The translations under genes and the position numbers were made by a program. Shown piece after piece: positions 29,718-38,246 of a stretch of 64,000 bases of DNA (its first letter is position 1; every line of letters begins with the position of its first letter). The DNA comes from an uncultured Gammaproteobacteria bacterium. GTDB lineage: Bacteria > Patescibacteriota > Patescibacteriia > Patescibacteriales > BS150m-G62. The DNA is taken from the NCBI GenBank assembly GCA_964569045.1, contig CAZMSR010000002.1:43272-107271 (forward strand), given 5' to 3'. The notes beneath the pieces were generated by a model. The model saw only the letters and a list, made by a program, of their open reading frames with translations. It had not been told where the DNA came from and did no database searches.

Positions 29718-30611
29718 ATGAAAATTGATTTACAACTTCATTCAAATTATTCAGATGGATATATGACACCAACTGAATTAGTTGAATTTGTTAAAGAAAA
29801 AGGTGTTAAAGTAGCAGCACTCACCGACCACAACACAGTGCGTGGACAACAAGAATTTAAGCATGCTTGCCGTAAACATAAAATAAAATACATAACCGGC
29901 ATTGAGCTTTATGTTAAGCTTGGAACAAAAAAACTAAATATACTTTGGTTTAATTTTGATGCTTCTGACCCTGAGTTACATAAAATGTTGCGTGCAACGC
30001 AATTCAGAAGAAGAGCCAAAGTCAGAAAACACTTAGAACTTTTAGTAAAAAAACTCAAGTTTAAAATAGACATTAATAAAATTCTTGATAAGTATAATCA
30101 CTATGTCTCTATAAATCATATAGTAGATGATATATGGGTTATTCCAAAAAATAGACCTATTATTAAACGAATTTTAGAAAATACTGATCCGCGCGAAGGT
30201 GAGATTATTAAAAAAATATTTTATAACAAAGACTTTGGGCATATTATGCATCAAAGCTATATAAACATAAATAGAATAATTGCATTACGTAAAAAAATAG
30301 GCGGACAAATTATTCTAAACCATCCCGGGAAGCATCATCAACTTAAAAAAGACTTACTTGAAAAACTTAAAAAAATCGGGATTGACGGAATAGAAGTTCT
30401 TTCACCGCACCACTCAATCGGAGCAACCATGTACGCGCAATATATTGCTAAAAAACTTGGCTTTATTATGAGCGGCGGGTCTGATTTCCACAGACTAGAA
30501 GGTGATAAATTTTTAATTCAAAGCGCTATGGATTATTTTTCTATAGACTGTTGTCAATTAAGGGGGATTAATAAGATTATTGGGGTGACCGGAAAGGAGT
30601 GTGATCGATAA
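29718..30611 (+). CDS. PHP-domain phosphoesterase
   Basis: IDLQLHSNYSDG...ALTDHNTVRG N-terminal PHP motifs and a later GGSDFH. Confidence 0.75.
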   Translation: MKIDLQLHSNYSDGYMTPTELVEFVKEKGVKVAALTDHNTVRGQQEFKHACRKHKIKYITGIELYVKLGTKKLNILWFNFDASDPELHKMLRATQFRRRAKVRKHLELLVKKLKFKIDINKILDKYNHYVSINHIVDDIWVIPKNRPIIKRILENTDPREGEIIKKIFYNKDFGHIMHQSYININRIIALRKKIGGQIILNHPGKHHQLKKDLLEKLKKIGIDGIEVLSPHHSIGATMYAQYIAKKLGFIMSGGSDFHRLEGDKFLIQSAMDYFSIDCCQLRGINKIIGVTGKECDR

Positions 30612-30614
30612 AAA

Positions 30615-31181
30615 ATGCACAAATTAATATTTGAAGGTGCTGAGCTAGCCGGTAAAAGCTGGTTAATGAGCCAAATATATAATTATTTAGAGCCAAAATA
30701 TAATAAAAGTGGCTTTGTTTTAGATGGTTGTCATTGGTTTAATACTGATGTGGGAATATTTGGCACAGCTAATGGCAAATCTATTATTAATAATTTTATT
30801 AATATCTTTCAAGATTTAGATAATAGCAACATACTTGTTGAAAAATTCTATTTATCAGATCAAATATATAATAAGCTTCATAGAAAAAAGATAATAATTT
30901 ACCCTCAAATAGAGAAAAAACTTTTAGAGCTTAATTTTAAAATTATTTTAGTTACTTTTCCTGAAGATAAAAAAATAATAAGAAATAGAATCAAAGATAG
31001 ACTAAACCTTTATCCACATTACAAAAATATTCTTAACAACGAAGAGTGGTATATACAACAACAAAAAGAATATATTAAAGCTATAAAAAATTCAAAATTA
31101 CCTTTTTTAATTATTAAAACAGATAAACTACCGGATAATTTGCTTACTAAAAAAATATTAAAATGGATTAAGGAGGGGTAA
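30615..31181 (+). CDS. Putative P-loop kinase-like protein
   Basis: The Walker A-like GAELAGKS near the N-terminus and the 188-aa size resemble dNMP/dN kinases. No other motif recognised. Confidence 0.35.
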   Translation: MHKLIFEGAELAGKSWLMSQIYNYLEPKYNKSGFVLDGCHWFNTDVGIFGTANGKSIINNFINIFQDLDNSNILVEKFYLSDQIYNKLHRKKIIIYPQIEKKLLELNFKIILVTFPEDKKIIRNRIKDRLNLYPHYKNILNNEEWYIQQQKEYIKAIKNSKLPFLIIKTDKLPDNLLTKKILKWIKEG

Positions 31182-31231
31182 GTGAATAGCTGCGAATACA
31201 ATATATGGCACGTAATTGTAAAATATAGTAT

Positions 31232-31262
31232 AATAAAAAAAGAAGCATGATTCTCATGCTTA
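31232..31262 (-). terminator. Rho-independent terminator for CDS 31294..31608
   Basis: 8-bp stem aagcatga / tcatgctt (31243-31250 / 31254-31261), followed on the minus strand by cttttttt. Confidence 0.55.
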
Positions 31263-31293
31263 TGTTATAATTTTGATATTTTTATAGCTTTGC

Positions 31294-31608
31294 TCATTTT
31301 ACTCTCCTAACTAACAAGGTGTTTTGAGGTTCTTTGAAACTTTTTAAATGAACAGGAGTTCCGTAAAAAAACGGTGAATTTCTTTTGTTATCAATATTAA
31401 CTAAAATCATTTCTATTAAACCAATGGCACCGAATTCTTTGAGCTGCATTTTAATAACACTTGCTGTAGTTTGACAATAAAAATTTCTTGGTCTAAAAAA
31501 CACAAATTGAACATTAGGATAAACAACTTTCACAGGTTCTAAACCAATTATACGCCTTTGGTGATTAACTTTTTCTAAACAATAAACTGACAAAACAATT
31601 TCGGTCAT
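31294..31608 (-). CDS. Hypothetical protein (104 aa)
   Basis: Strong SD taggaggttgacATG and its own terminator. It is the only minus-strand gene inside the plus-strand glucan cluster. No family recognised. Confidence 0.5.
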   Translation of the reverse strand: MTEIVLSVYCLEKVNHQRRIIGLEPVKVVYPNVQFVFFRPRNFYCQTTASVIKMQLKEFGAIGLIEMILVNIDNKRNSPFFYGTPVHLKSFKEPQNTLLVRRVK

Positions 31609-31673
31609 GTCAACCTCCTAAAAAGATCAATTATACATATTTGTAATTTACATTATAAACTAAATAAATAAAA

Positions 31674-33185
31674 ATGTCAATAAAAACAAACAAAAAAATT
31701 CTTTTTCTTTCAGCCGAAGTTGCCCCTATTGCTAAAGTAGGCGGACTAGCCGATGTTGCCGGAGCCTTGCCAAAAGAGCTAATTAAGCTTGGTGTAGATA
31801 TTCGAGTATGCTTGCCTTTTTATGGATTTATAGACAAAAAACTTTTTAAACCTAAAAAAATAATAAGCAATATTAAAGTACCTTTTGGTAAAACAAAAGA
31901 AACAATTTCTGTTTGGCAAACTAAACTACCGGGCTCCACAGTTAAGGTTTATTTAATTCAGCATAAATATTTTAATGCTAAAAAAGTTTATGTCGGCTCT
32001 CGAATTATGCGCGGCAAAAAATACTCAAGAGGGCAAATCGATACTGAACGTTTTAGCTTTTTTACTCGATCTAGCTTGCGTGCAGCTAGAGCTCTTGACT
32101 TTAAGCCAAATATTATTCACGCCCAAGATTGGCACACAGCTTTAATAGGAGACTATTTAAAAACGCTCACTAATCCAAAAGGAAAAATAACTCGTGAAGA
32201 ATCTGAAATTGCTCTATTCTTTAAAAAAGCAAAAACTCTTTATACAATCCACAACCTAGCTAATCAAGGTATATCTGATCCAAAAATTATTGGCATGTCT
32301 AAAATTAATCCAAACTTAGAGATTATTAAAGCAGATGCTAAAAACGGGGATATTAATTTTATGGTTCAAGGTATATTAGGGTCTGACTTAATCAACACTG
32401 TTAGCCAAAAATATTCGCGCGAAATATTGCACCACTACCTAGGCGCCGGACTTGATAATATTTTGCAAAAACGTAAAAAAGACTTATATGGAATTTTAAA
32501 CGGAATTGACACTGAATTTTTTAACCCAGAAAAAGACAAATATATTTTTAAAAAGTATAATGGCAAAAGCATTAACAACAAAATAGTAAACAAAACCAAA
32601 CTTCAAAAAGAACTCAAACTAGAGGCAAACAAAGATACGCCATTACTTGGGTTGGTATCGCGACTTGTTTGGCAAAAGGGCATTGAGCTATTTGAAGATA
32701 AATTTGCTAAACTAGACTGTCAATTTGTATTTTTAGGAACCGGTCAACCAAAATACGAAGATCATTTAAAAAGGCTAGCTAAAAAATATCCAAATAAAAT
32801 TAAGGCTCTTATTAAATTTGACGTTAAATTAGCGCAACAGATTTATGCTGCCTCTGACTTTTTTTTAATGCCCTCCAGATTTGAGCCTTGCGGATTAGGG
32901 CAAATGATTGCTATGCGATATGGGAGCGTGCCTATTACTCGCTCTACCGGTGGGTTAGCTGACACTGTTTTTTCACCCAGATTATTTAGACTAAAAAAGG
33001 CTAATGGTTTTACTTTTAAAAAGTATTCAAGCGAAAGTTTTTACAGGGCACTTACAAGAGCGTTAAATACATATCACAAACAACCTAAAAAATATCAAAA
33101 ACTTCAACTAAATGGTATGCAAGGGGATTATTCATGGGGAAAATCAGCCAAAGAATATTTAAAACTCTATAATAAGCTAAGCTAA
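31674..33185 (+). CDS. glgA: Glycogen/starch synthase (GT5), paralog 2
   Basis: SAEVAPIAKVGGLADV, HAQDWHTAL, PSRFEPCGLGQMIAMRYG. Confidence 0.87.
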   Translation: MSIKTNKKILFLSAEVAPIAKVGGLADVAGALPKELIKLGVDIRVCLPFYGFIDKKLFKPKKIISNIKVPFGKTKETISVWQTKLPGSTVKVYLIQHKYFNAKKVYVGSRIMRGKKYSRGQIDTERFSFFTRSSLRAARALDFKPNIIHAQDWHTALIGDYLKTLTNPKGKITREESEIALFFKKAKTLYTIHNLANQGISDPKIIGMSKINPNLEIIKADAKNGDINFMVQGILGSDLINTVSQKYSREILHHYLGAGLDNILQKRKKDLYGILNGIDTEFFNPEKDKYIFKKYNGKSINNKIVNKTKLQKELKLEANKDTPLLGLVSRLVWQKGIELFEDKFAKLDCQFVFLGTGQPKYEDHLKRLAKKYPNKIKALIKFDVKLAQQIYAASDFFLMPSRFEPCGLGQMIAMRYGSVPITRSTGGLADTVFSPRLFRLKKANGFTFKKYSSESFYRALTRALNTYHKQPKKYQKLQLNGMQGDYSWGKSAKEYLKLYNKLS

Positions 33186-33218
33186 AAACAAAAAAACGTC
33201 CTTAGTAATTAGGCGATT

Positions 33219-34154
33219 TTAACTATCTTTTATAGATTTTGCATAGTCTTTAACCGCTTTTTTTGAAGAATACCAATTCCTTCCTTTTTTAACAGCTTCT
33301 AATTTATTATTTATTGCTAATTTTTTTAAATAAGCAGGTGTATAGTCACAATACTCAGATAACTTAGCTAATGTTAATAATTGCTCTTCTTTTTTTCTTG
33401 AGGGTTTTAGTATATCTAGATAAATATTCAAGCTTTTGATTACACATTGTGCTAAAAATTCGCATAAATTTTTATAATCGCCTTTATCTGCTTCAGATAA
33501 AACTCTATAATATCTTTTTCTGTCATTTTTTAGAATTATTGCCATTGGGTATCCCGCGTTCATAATTAAAACATTCATTATTACTCTAGAAGCTCTGCCA
33601 TTACCATCCCAAAATGGGTGTATTGCGGCTAATTTATGATGAAGTATGGCTGATAATTCAACTAAATGGTGATTATTTTTTTCTTTTTTTATCCATTTTA
33701 TTAATTTACTCATTTCTGCCTGCACTTCGAATCCTAAAGGAGGCTTATGATCACTTCCGGAAATAAATACATCTCCATTTCTATACACTCCTGCAATTTC
33801 ACTATCAGCTTCTTTTACAATCAAAGAATGAATTTGCTTTATTAAGTGTTCTGAAATAGTGCATTTTTTATTTGCATCAATTAATTCATATAAAAAATCC
33901 AATGCTTCTTTATGATTTTTTGCCTCTAAGTGCTCTTTTAATGGTTTTCCTTTTATAGTCAAACCTTCGCTTACAACCCAAAAAGTTTCTTTTTTGGTTA
34001 ACGTGTTTCCTTCAATCGCATTGGAATTATAAGTCATTTCAATTTGAAAATTTTCTCTTATTTTCATTAAAAGAGTTTTATTGATTGGCCTTAATTTATT
34101 TAATTTATCTAACTTTTCTTTTAATAAATTTTTAGTTTTTTGTGATAAATACAT
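33219..34154 (-). CDS. Fic-family protein (class II type) with C-terminal DNA-binding-like tail
   Basis: Fic motif HPFWDGNGRASR. N-terminal inhibitory-helix motif SNAIEG ([ST]xxxE[GN]). The C-terminal LTLAKLSEYCDYTPAYLKKLAINNKLEAVKKGRNWY looks like a small HTH. Confidence 0.85.
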   Translation of the reverse strand: MYLSQKTKNLLKEKLDKLNKLRPINKTLLMKIRENFQIEMTYNSNAIEGNTLTKKETFWVVSEGLTIKGKPLKEHLEAKNHKEALDFLYELIDANKKCTISEHLIKQIHSLIVKEADSEIAGVYRNGDVFISGSDHKPPLGFEVQAEMSKLIKWIKKEKNNHHLVELSAILHHKLAAIHPFWDGNGRASRVIMNVLIMNAGYPMAIILKNDRKRYYRVLSEADKGDYKNLCEFLAQCVIKSLNIYLDILKPSRKKEEQLLTLAKLSEYCDYTPAYLKKLAINNKLEAVKKGRNWYSSKKAVKDYAKSIKDS

Positions 34155-34166
34155 AAATTTAATTTA

Positions 34167-34215
34167 GGTACGATAATTATATTATTACTATATCGTACCC
34201 TACAATTTTTATCAA
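34167..34215 (-). promoter_or_regulatory. Candidate promoter plus palindromic operator of Fic gene 33219..34154
   Basis: Minus strand reads TTGATA - 17 nt - TATAGT (-35 at 34215-34210, -10 at 34192-34187). Inverted repeat GGTACGATA-N15-TATCGTACC (34167-34175 / 34191-34199) overlaps the -10. Confidence 0.45.
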
Positions 34216-34554
34216 GACCTTCGCATTATGGGACTGTCGTTACCAATTAATGGCACGGCTCTTTTTTTTAGATTTTCAAGCATATACATATATATAATTG
34301 ACTATGCCTTTTGTATTGGTTAAAATTAAATAATCATACTATTCAGGTGTTAATGTGATAAATAAAATTTTATATTGTCAAGCCCTCTGCCTTATTTTTT
34401 TGATGTTTTGGATTATAAAACTTTAAAAAATAAAGAATTAAAAGAAGAGATAAATAAAGAAGGAAAAGTATTTTATAAGAAATAATAGTTTAATACATTA
34501 AAAATTATTTAGGATTTGATCTTTTAATTCAAGACTTTATAAAATTTTGCATAA

Positions 34555-34583
34555 TTGACAAACTTTATAAAGTTTTATATAAT
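34555..34583 (+). promoter_or_regulatory. Consensus-like promoter with embedded palindrome for HTH-Fic gene (probably leaderless mRNA)
   Basis: TTGACA (34555-34560) - 17 nt - TATAAT (34578-34583). The spacer starts with the perfect 14-bp palindrome AACTTTATAAAGTT (34561-34574). The ATG at 34592 is only 8 nt after the -10. Confidence 0.55.
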
Positions 34584-34591
34584 AATGGTAT

Positions 34592-35512
34592 ATGACCATA
34601 TCAGTAAAATTAAAATTAATAAAACAAATAGCAGGTTTAACTCAAGAAAGTTTAGCTAGTAAAATCGGAGTTTCTTTTGTTACTTTAAATAGCTGGATAA
34701 ATAATAAATCAACACCGCATAAAGACAAGCAAACAATTATTGATAATTTATATAAAAAATATACTGGTCAAAAAATTATTCCTTTACAAGAGTTGCAAGG
34801 GAAAAAGGAATTTATTTTAAGCAAAAGTAAAAAATATAAAAATATAATAAACACTATAGCCAAAAGAAAAGATCTTTATGATCAATTTATTTTATCTTTA
34901 ACCTATAATTCAAACAATATTGAAGGAAGTACTCTTACCGAACATGAAACAGCAGATGTTATTTTTCGAAATTTAAATATAAAAAATAAGAGTTTAATAG
35001 AAAATTTAGAGGCAAAGAATCATCAAGCTGCATTAGAATATTTATTTAAAACAGTTAATAGAAATTTTGTAATTTCTAAAGATTTTATTTTAAAATTGCA
35101 CAGTAAACTTATGAACGGCATTAGAGATGATGCCGGCCTATACAGAAGGCATGGGGTTAGAATTGTAGGTGCAAATGTTCCTACAGCTAATTATTTGAAA
35201 ATATCAAAATCAATGGATAAAGTAATTGATGAAATAAACAGTAAAAACAAAGATATTATAGGACATACATCTTTGATTCATTCTAAGTTTGAAAAAATTC
35301 ATCCATTCTCAGATGGAAATGGTAGAATTGGTCGTTTAATTATAGTTGCTATGCTTATTCAAAAAAACTTACCACCGGCAATAATTAAACAAGAGGATAA
35401 AAATTTGTATTATAAGTATTTACAAATCTCTCAAACATCTAACGATTCTAGCTTGCTTGAAAGTTTTATTTGCGATTGTATTTTTTCTGGGTTTAAAATC
35501 ATTGAACAGTAA
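34592..35512 (+). CDS. XRE-HTH / Fic fusion protein (class II type Fic)
   Basis: N-terminal HTH (IAGLTQESLASKIGVSFVTLNSWIN), inhibitory motif SNNIEG, Fic motif HPFSDGNGRIGR. Confidence 0.87.
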   Translation: MTISVKLKLIKQIAGLTQESLASKIGVSFVTLNSWINNKSTPHKDKQTIIDNLYKKYTGQKIIPLQELQGKKEFILSKSKKYKNIINTIAKRKDLYDQFILSLTYNSNNIEGSTLTEHETADVIFRNLNIKNKSLIENLEAKNHQAALEYLFKTVNRNFVISKDFILKLHSKLMNGIRDDAGLYRRHGVRIVGANVPTANYLKISKSMDKVIDEINSKNKDIIGHTSLIHSKFEKIHPFSDGNGRIGRLIIVAMLIQKNLPPAIIKQEDKNLYYKYLQISQTSNDSSLLESFICDCIFSGFKIIEQ

Positions 35513-35619
35513 GAAAAAAATACAAGCTTTATAATTCATTAAGCTAGTTGTTCTGATATTTTCTATTAAATTATTTAAAATAAAAAGCCAACTTAACTTT
35601 GTTGGCATTGTTTGTAGTA

Positions 35620-36012
35620 TTACTTGCAAATATTTTTTGGGATAATTATTGTCAATATTGTAGCGTGAGGTGTGTCCTCTACAGAGACTTGAGGGATAAT
35701 ATTTGTAGAATTTTCATTATGAGTGTTTGGAGGTTTGGTATGATTAGAATATTTATCTATAAACTTATCATGCTCTAAGCGTGTAAGATCGATTGGATTG
35801 ACTTTTAATACCATTGATATTTCTATAGCAAACCTACATGTTTCAACTCTCCCTGTTTCCAGATTATTTAATACTTGTCTATTAAAAGTTGTCTTACCTT
35901 TATTTAAAACTTCATTTATTTGATCAATAAGCTTCTGCTGTGTAAAGCCAAGCTTAGTTCTTAAAAACCTAACATTTAACCCCAAAGTCGAAACTTTACG
36001 AGTAGCTTTCAT
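35620..36012 (-). CDS. XRE-family HTH transcriptional regulator
   Basis: HTH_3-like N-terminus (FLRTKLGFTQQKLIDQINE...LNNLETGR). 130 aa. Confidence 0.7.
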   Translation of the reverse strand: MKATRKVSTLGLNVRFLRTKLGFTQQKLIDQINEVLNKGKTTFNRQVLNNLETGRVETCRFAIEISMVLKVNPIDLTRLEHDKFIDKYSNHTKPPNTHNENSTNIIPQVSVEDTPHATILTIIIPKNICK

Positions 36013-36155
36013 TCAAAATCCCCTGGCCCAAAAAATAAATACACTAGGTACGCGAAACTCAATTTCCTAATAATGCTAGCATACTTATAGGAAAATGTCA
36101 ACTTATTCACTTTTAAAAAAGTCCATTAGCGCTATGGTAATATAAATCCTACTTT

Positions 36156-36542
36156 TTAAGAAGCTACGCTAGTTACTATGCTGTTGGTTATAAAGGTTGT
36201 TATTGCCCAAGAGCTTAATACTATTAGTAATCCGATAATGGCTCGGCGTATGGTTGCTAGGGCTGTTTTTATTTTTTCTTCGTCACCTTGGGCTGTTAGG
36301 TAATTGTAACCGGCATATATCATTAAAATTACAAAAATAATTCCTAAAAACCCTAAAAATATTTTTATTACACCGGCGATTATTAAGCGTGGGTCTTGCT
36401 CGTTAAAGCCTGCATTGCCTCCTACGCTTTTTAATCTTTCTAATGCTTTTGAGTCGGCAAATACAAAATAAGGTACTATTAAAAATCCAACTAAAGTAAA
36501 TGTGCTAAAAAATAATTTTATTTTTTTTTTGAAATTTTTCAT
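36156..36542 (-). CDS. VirB2/TrbC-like mini-pilin paralog 7 of 7
   Basis: Signal-like N-terminus, then conserved module IKIFLGFLGIIFVILMIYAGYNYLTAQGDEEKIKTALATIRRAIIGLLIVLSSWAI. ATGA overlap with the upstream paralog. Confidence 0.7.
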   Translation of the reverse strand: MKNFKKKIKLFFSTFTLVGFLIVPYFVFADSKALERLKSVGGNAGFNEQDPRLIIAGVIKIFLGFLGIIFVILMIYAGYNYLTAQGDEEKIKTALATIRRAIIGLLIVLSSWAITTFITNSIVTSVAS

Positions 36543-36922
36543 ACAAATTGCTCTATAATAAACACACTAATAGCATACGCACTCATTACGATTAATAGTC
36601 CGATTATTGCTTTTTGAATTGTGCCGACAGCATTTTTTATTTCTTCTTCATTACCCCGTGCCATCATATACTTATAACCGCCATATATTATTAAAATTAC
36701 AAAAATAATTCCAAAAAAACCGAGCACTACCTTAATAACCTGCGAAATTATACTTTCCGGCTCGGTAACACCGGTATCATACCCGGCACCGCCTGTTCCG
36801 GCAACAGTTTCTAAAGTGTTACCAAAAGCATCTTTAAGACCGGCGGCAAATATTGGAACAGCAGCAAAAGACAAGCTAAAAACAACAGCAAAACCAATAT
36901 ATATTAAAAATCTTTTTAGCAT
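36539..36922 (-). CDS. VirB2/TrbC-like mini-pilin paralog 6 of 7
   Basis: Signal peptide ...SFAAVPIFAAG. Module IKVVLGFFGIIFVILIIYGGYKYMMARGNEEEIKNAVGTIQKAIIGLLIVMSAYAI. Confidence 0.7.
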   Translation of the reverse strand: MLKRFLIYIGFAVVFSLSFAAVPIFAAGLKDAFGNTLETVAGTGGAGYDTGVTEPESIISQVIKVVLGFFGIIFVILIIYGGYKYMMARGNEEEIKNAVGTIQKAIIGLLIVMSAYAISVFIIEQFV

Positions 36923-36976
36923 TTTATTTGTATAATTTATTGCGAAATAAGGTCCATATTTATATCAAGCTCCTCC

Positions 36977-37429
36977 TCAGTCAACGCCCCCCCCCGAAGG
37001 GTCAATGCCGGTTGGAGTATCAGCAAAACCGCCAATATTACTTATAACAAAAAGACTAATAGCATAAGCTAAAACTACAACAATAAGCCCAATAATTGCA
37101 TTGCGGATTATTGTTATTGCTTTTTCTACTTCTTGTTCATTACCCCGCGCCATCATATATATATACCCACCGTAGATCATTAAACCAAAAAACACAATCC
37201 CTAAAAAACCCAAAACTATTTGTATAATTATTGTTATGATTGTAAAAGGTGAGCCTGCCTTCAAAGTCGGTACAGCTCCGTATGCGGCCTCTCCGGCATC
37301 AACAAGCCCGCTTTCTTCTTCAAAACTTGCTCTAGAAACATCAGCAACAATAAAAAACCCAATAAAAAATATAAAAATCAAAAAAAACTTTAAATAACAC
37401 TTATACATATTTCTACAACCTAAAAACAA
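36977..37429 (-). CDS. VirB2/TrbC-like mini-pilin paralog 5 of 7 (with extra C-terminal tail)
   Basis: Module IQIVLGFLGIVFFGLMIYGGYIYMMARGNEQEVEKAITIIRNAIIGLIVVVLAYAI plus the tail GGFADTPTGIDPSGGGVD. Alternative start at 37408 (MYKCYL). Confidence 0.7.
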   Translation of the reverse strand: MFLGCRNMYKCYLKFFLIFIFFIGFFIVADVSRASFEEESGLVDAGEAAYGAVPTLKAGSPFTIITIIIQIVLGFLGIVFFGLMIYGGYIYMMARGNEQEVEKAITIIRNAIIGLIVVVLAYAISLFVISNIGGFADTPTGIDPSGGGVD

Positions 37430-37433
37430 TGCA

Positions 37434-37832
37434 TTATATTTCTCCTGTTAATGCTCCACCAACAAACGCTGTTATAGCGTAAGCACTCATAACTATTACA
37501 ATCCCAATAATTGCTGCAATTATTAAATCTTTAGCCTTAGTTATTTGCTGTTCATTCCCTCGAGCAGTCATCCAAAGCAAACCTCCATAAATCATTAAAA
37601 TCAAAAACAACACTCCAACAAAACTTAAAACAACCCCAATAACACTACCCAAAATAGTTAACACAGGAGTCTCCGGCAATTTAACAATATCTTGAGTATT
37701 ACTTAATCCACTCCTTACAGCTTCGGCACCGGAAGGCGAATCTACGGCCAAAGCTAATTGTGGGGTAAATACAAAAAAAAGCGCCATTGCAAAAATCGGC
37801 AAACTACTTAACTTATTAATTACACAAAACAT
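37434..37832 (-). CDS. VirB2/TrbC-like mini-pilin paralog 4 of 7
   Basis: Signal ...TPQLALAV. Module IGVVLSFVGVLFLILMIYGGLLWMTARGNEQQITKAKDLIIAAIIGIVIVMSAYAI. Confidence 0.7.
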   Translation of the reverse strand: MFCVINKLSSLPIFAMALFFVFTPQLALAVDSPSGAEAVRSGLSNTQDIVKLPETPVLTILGSVIGVVLSFVGVLFLILMIYGGLLWMTARGNEQQITKAKDLIIAAIIGIVIVMSAYAITAFVGGALTGEI

Positions 37833-37868
37833 TTAAACATTTACAAATTCTAGTCTTATACGCATCTA

Positions 37869-38102
37869 TTTAAAACTTTTTACAAAAAAGTTCTTAATAT
37901 TTCAAAAACATAAGGTATTTTTTAAAATTTTATAGCGAGCAAAGCTCTTCGGCCATAAAATTTGTAAAAAATGATCTGCTTTTGGTTTAAAACTTTTTAC
38001 AAAAAAGTTCTTAATATTTCAAAAACATAAGGTATTTTTTAAAATTTTATAGCGAGCAAAGCTCTTCGGCCATAAAATTTGTAAAAAATATTTTTCTTTT
38101 GC
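37869..38102. repeat. Tandem 117-bp repeat, 2 copies (37869-37985, 37986-~38102)
   Basis: The copies are identical for roughly the first 100 bp. Each holds the palindrome AACTTTTT-ACA-AAAAAGTT and the hairpin attttat-agcgagcaaagctcttcgg-ccataaaat. The block is flanked by the inverted repeat tctagtcttatacgcat (37848-37864) / atacgcataagactaga (38116-38132). Confidence 0.9.
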
Positions 38103-38160
38103 TTTAAAATCATAAATACGCATAAGACTAGAGCAATCTAGGGATTAATCACGAGTAACC

Positions 38161-38203
38161 TTTAAAACTTTTTACAAAAAAGTTCTTAATATTTCAAAAA
38201 CAT
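38161..38203. repeat. Partial (43-bp) third copy of the 117-bp repeat
   Basis: tttaaaactttttacaaaaaagttcttaatatttcaaaaacat is identical to the first 43 bp of the unit. Confidence 0.9.
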
Positions 38204-38246
38204 ACTACTCACTCACTCGCAATCAATTTAAGATTGCCCGTAATCT

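Noticed and set aside
34375-34485. 36-codon TTG-initiated ORF (…PYFFDVLDYKTLKNKELKEEINKEGKVFYKK) in the Fic intergenic region.
   Set aside because: It is too short, has no SD and cannot be assigned to a family. It may be the C-terminal remnant of a decayed gene, but this cannot be supported from sequence alone.
37869-38203. CRISPR array (regularly repeated sequence between pilin genes).
   Set aside because: The units are 117 bp and directly abutting with no unique spacers, only 2-3 copies are present, and no cas genes occur in the window.
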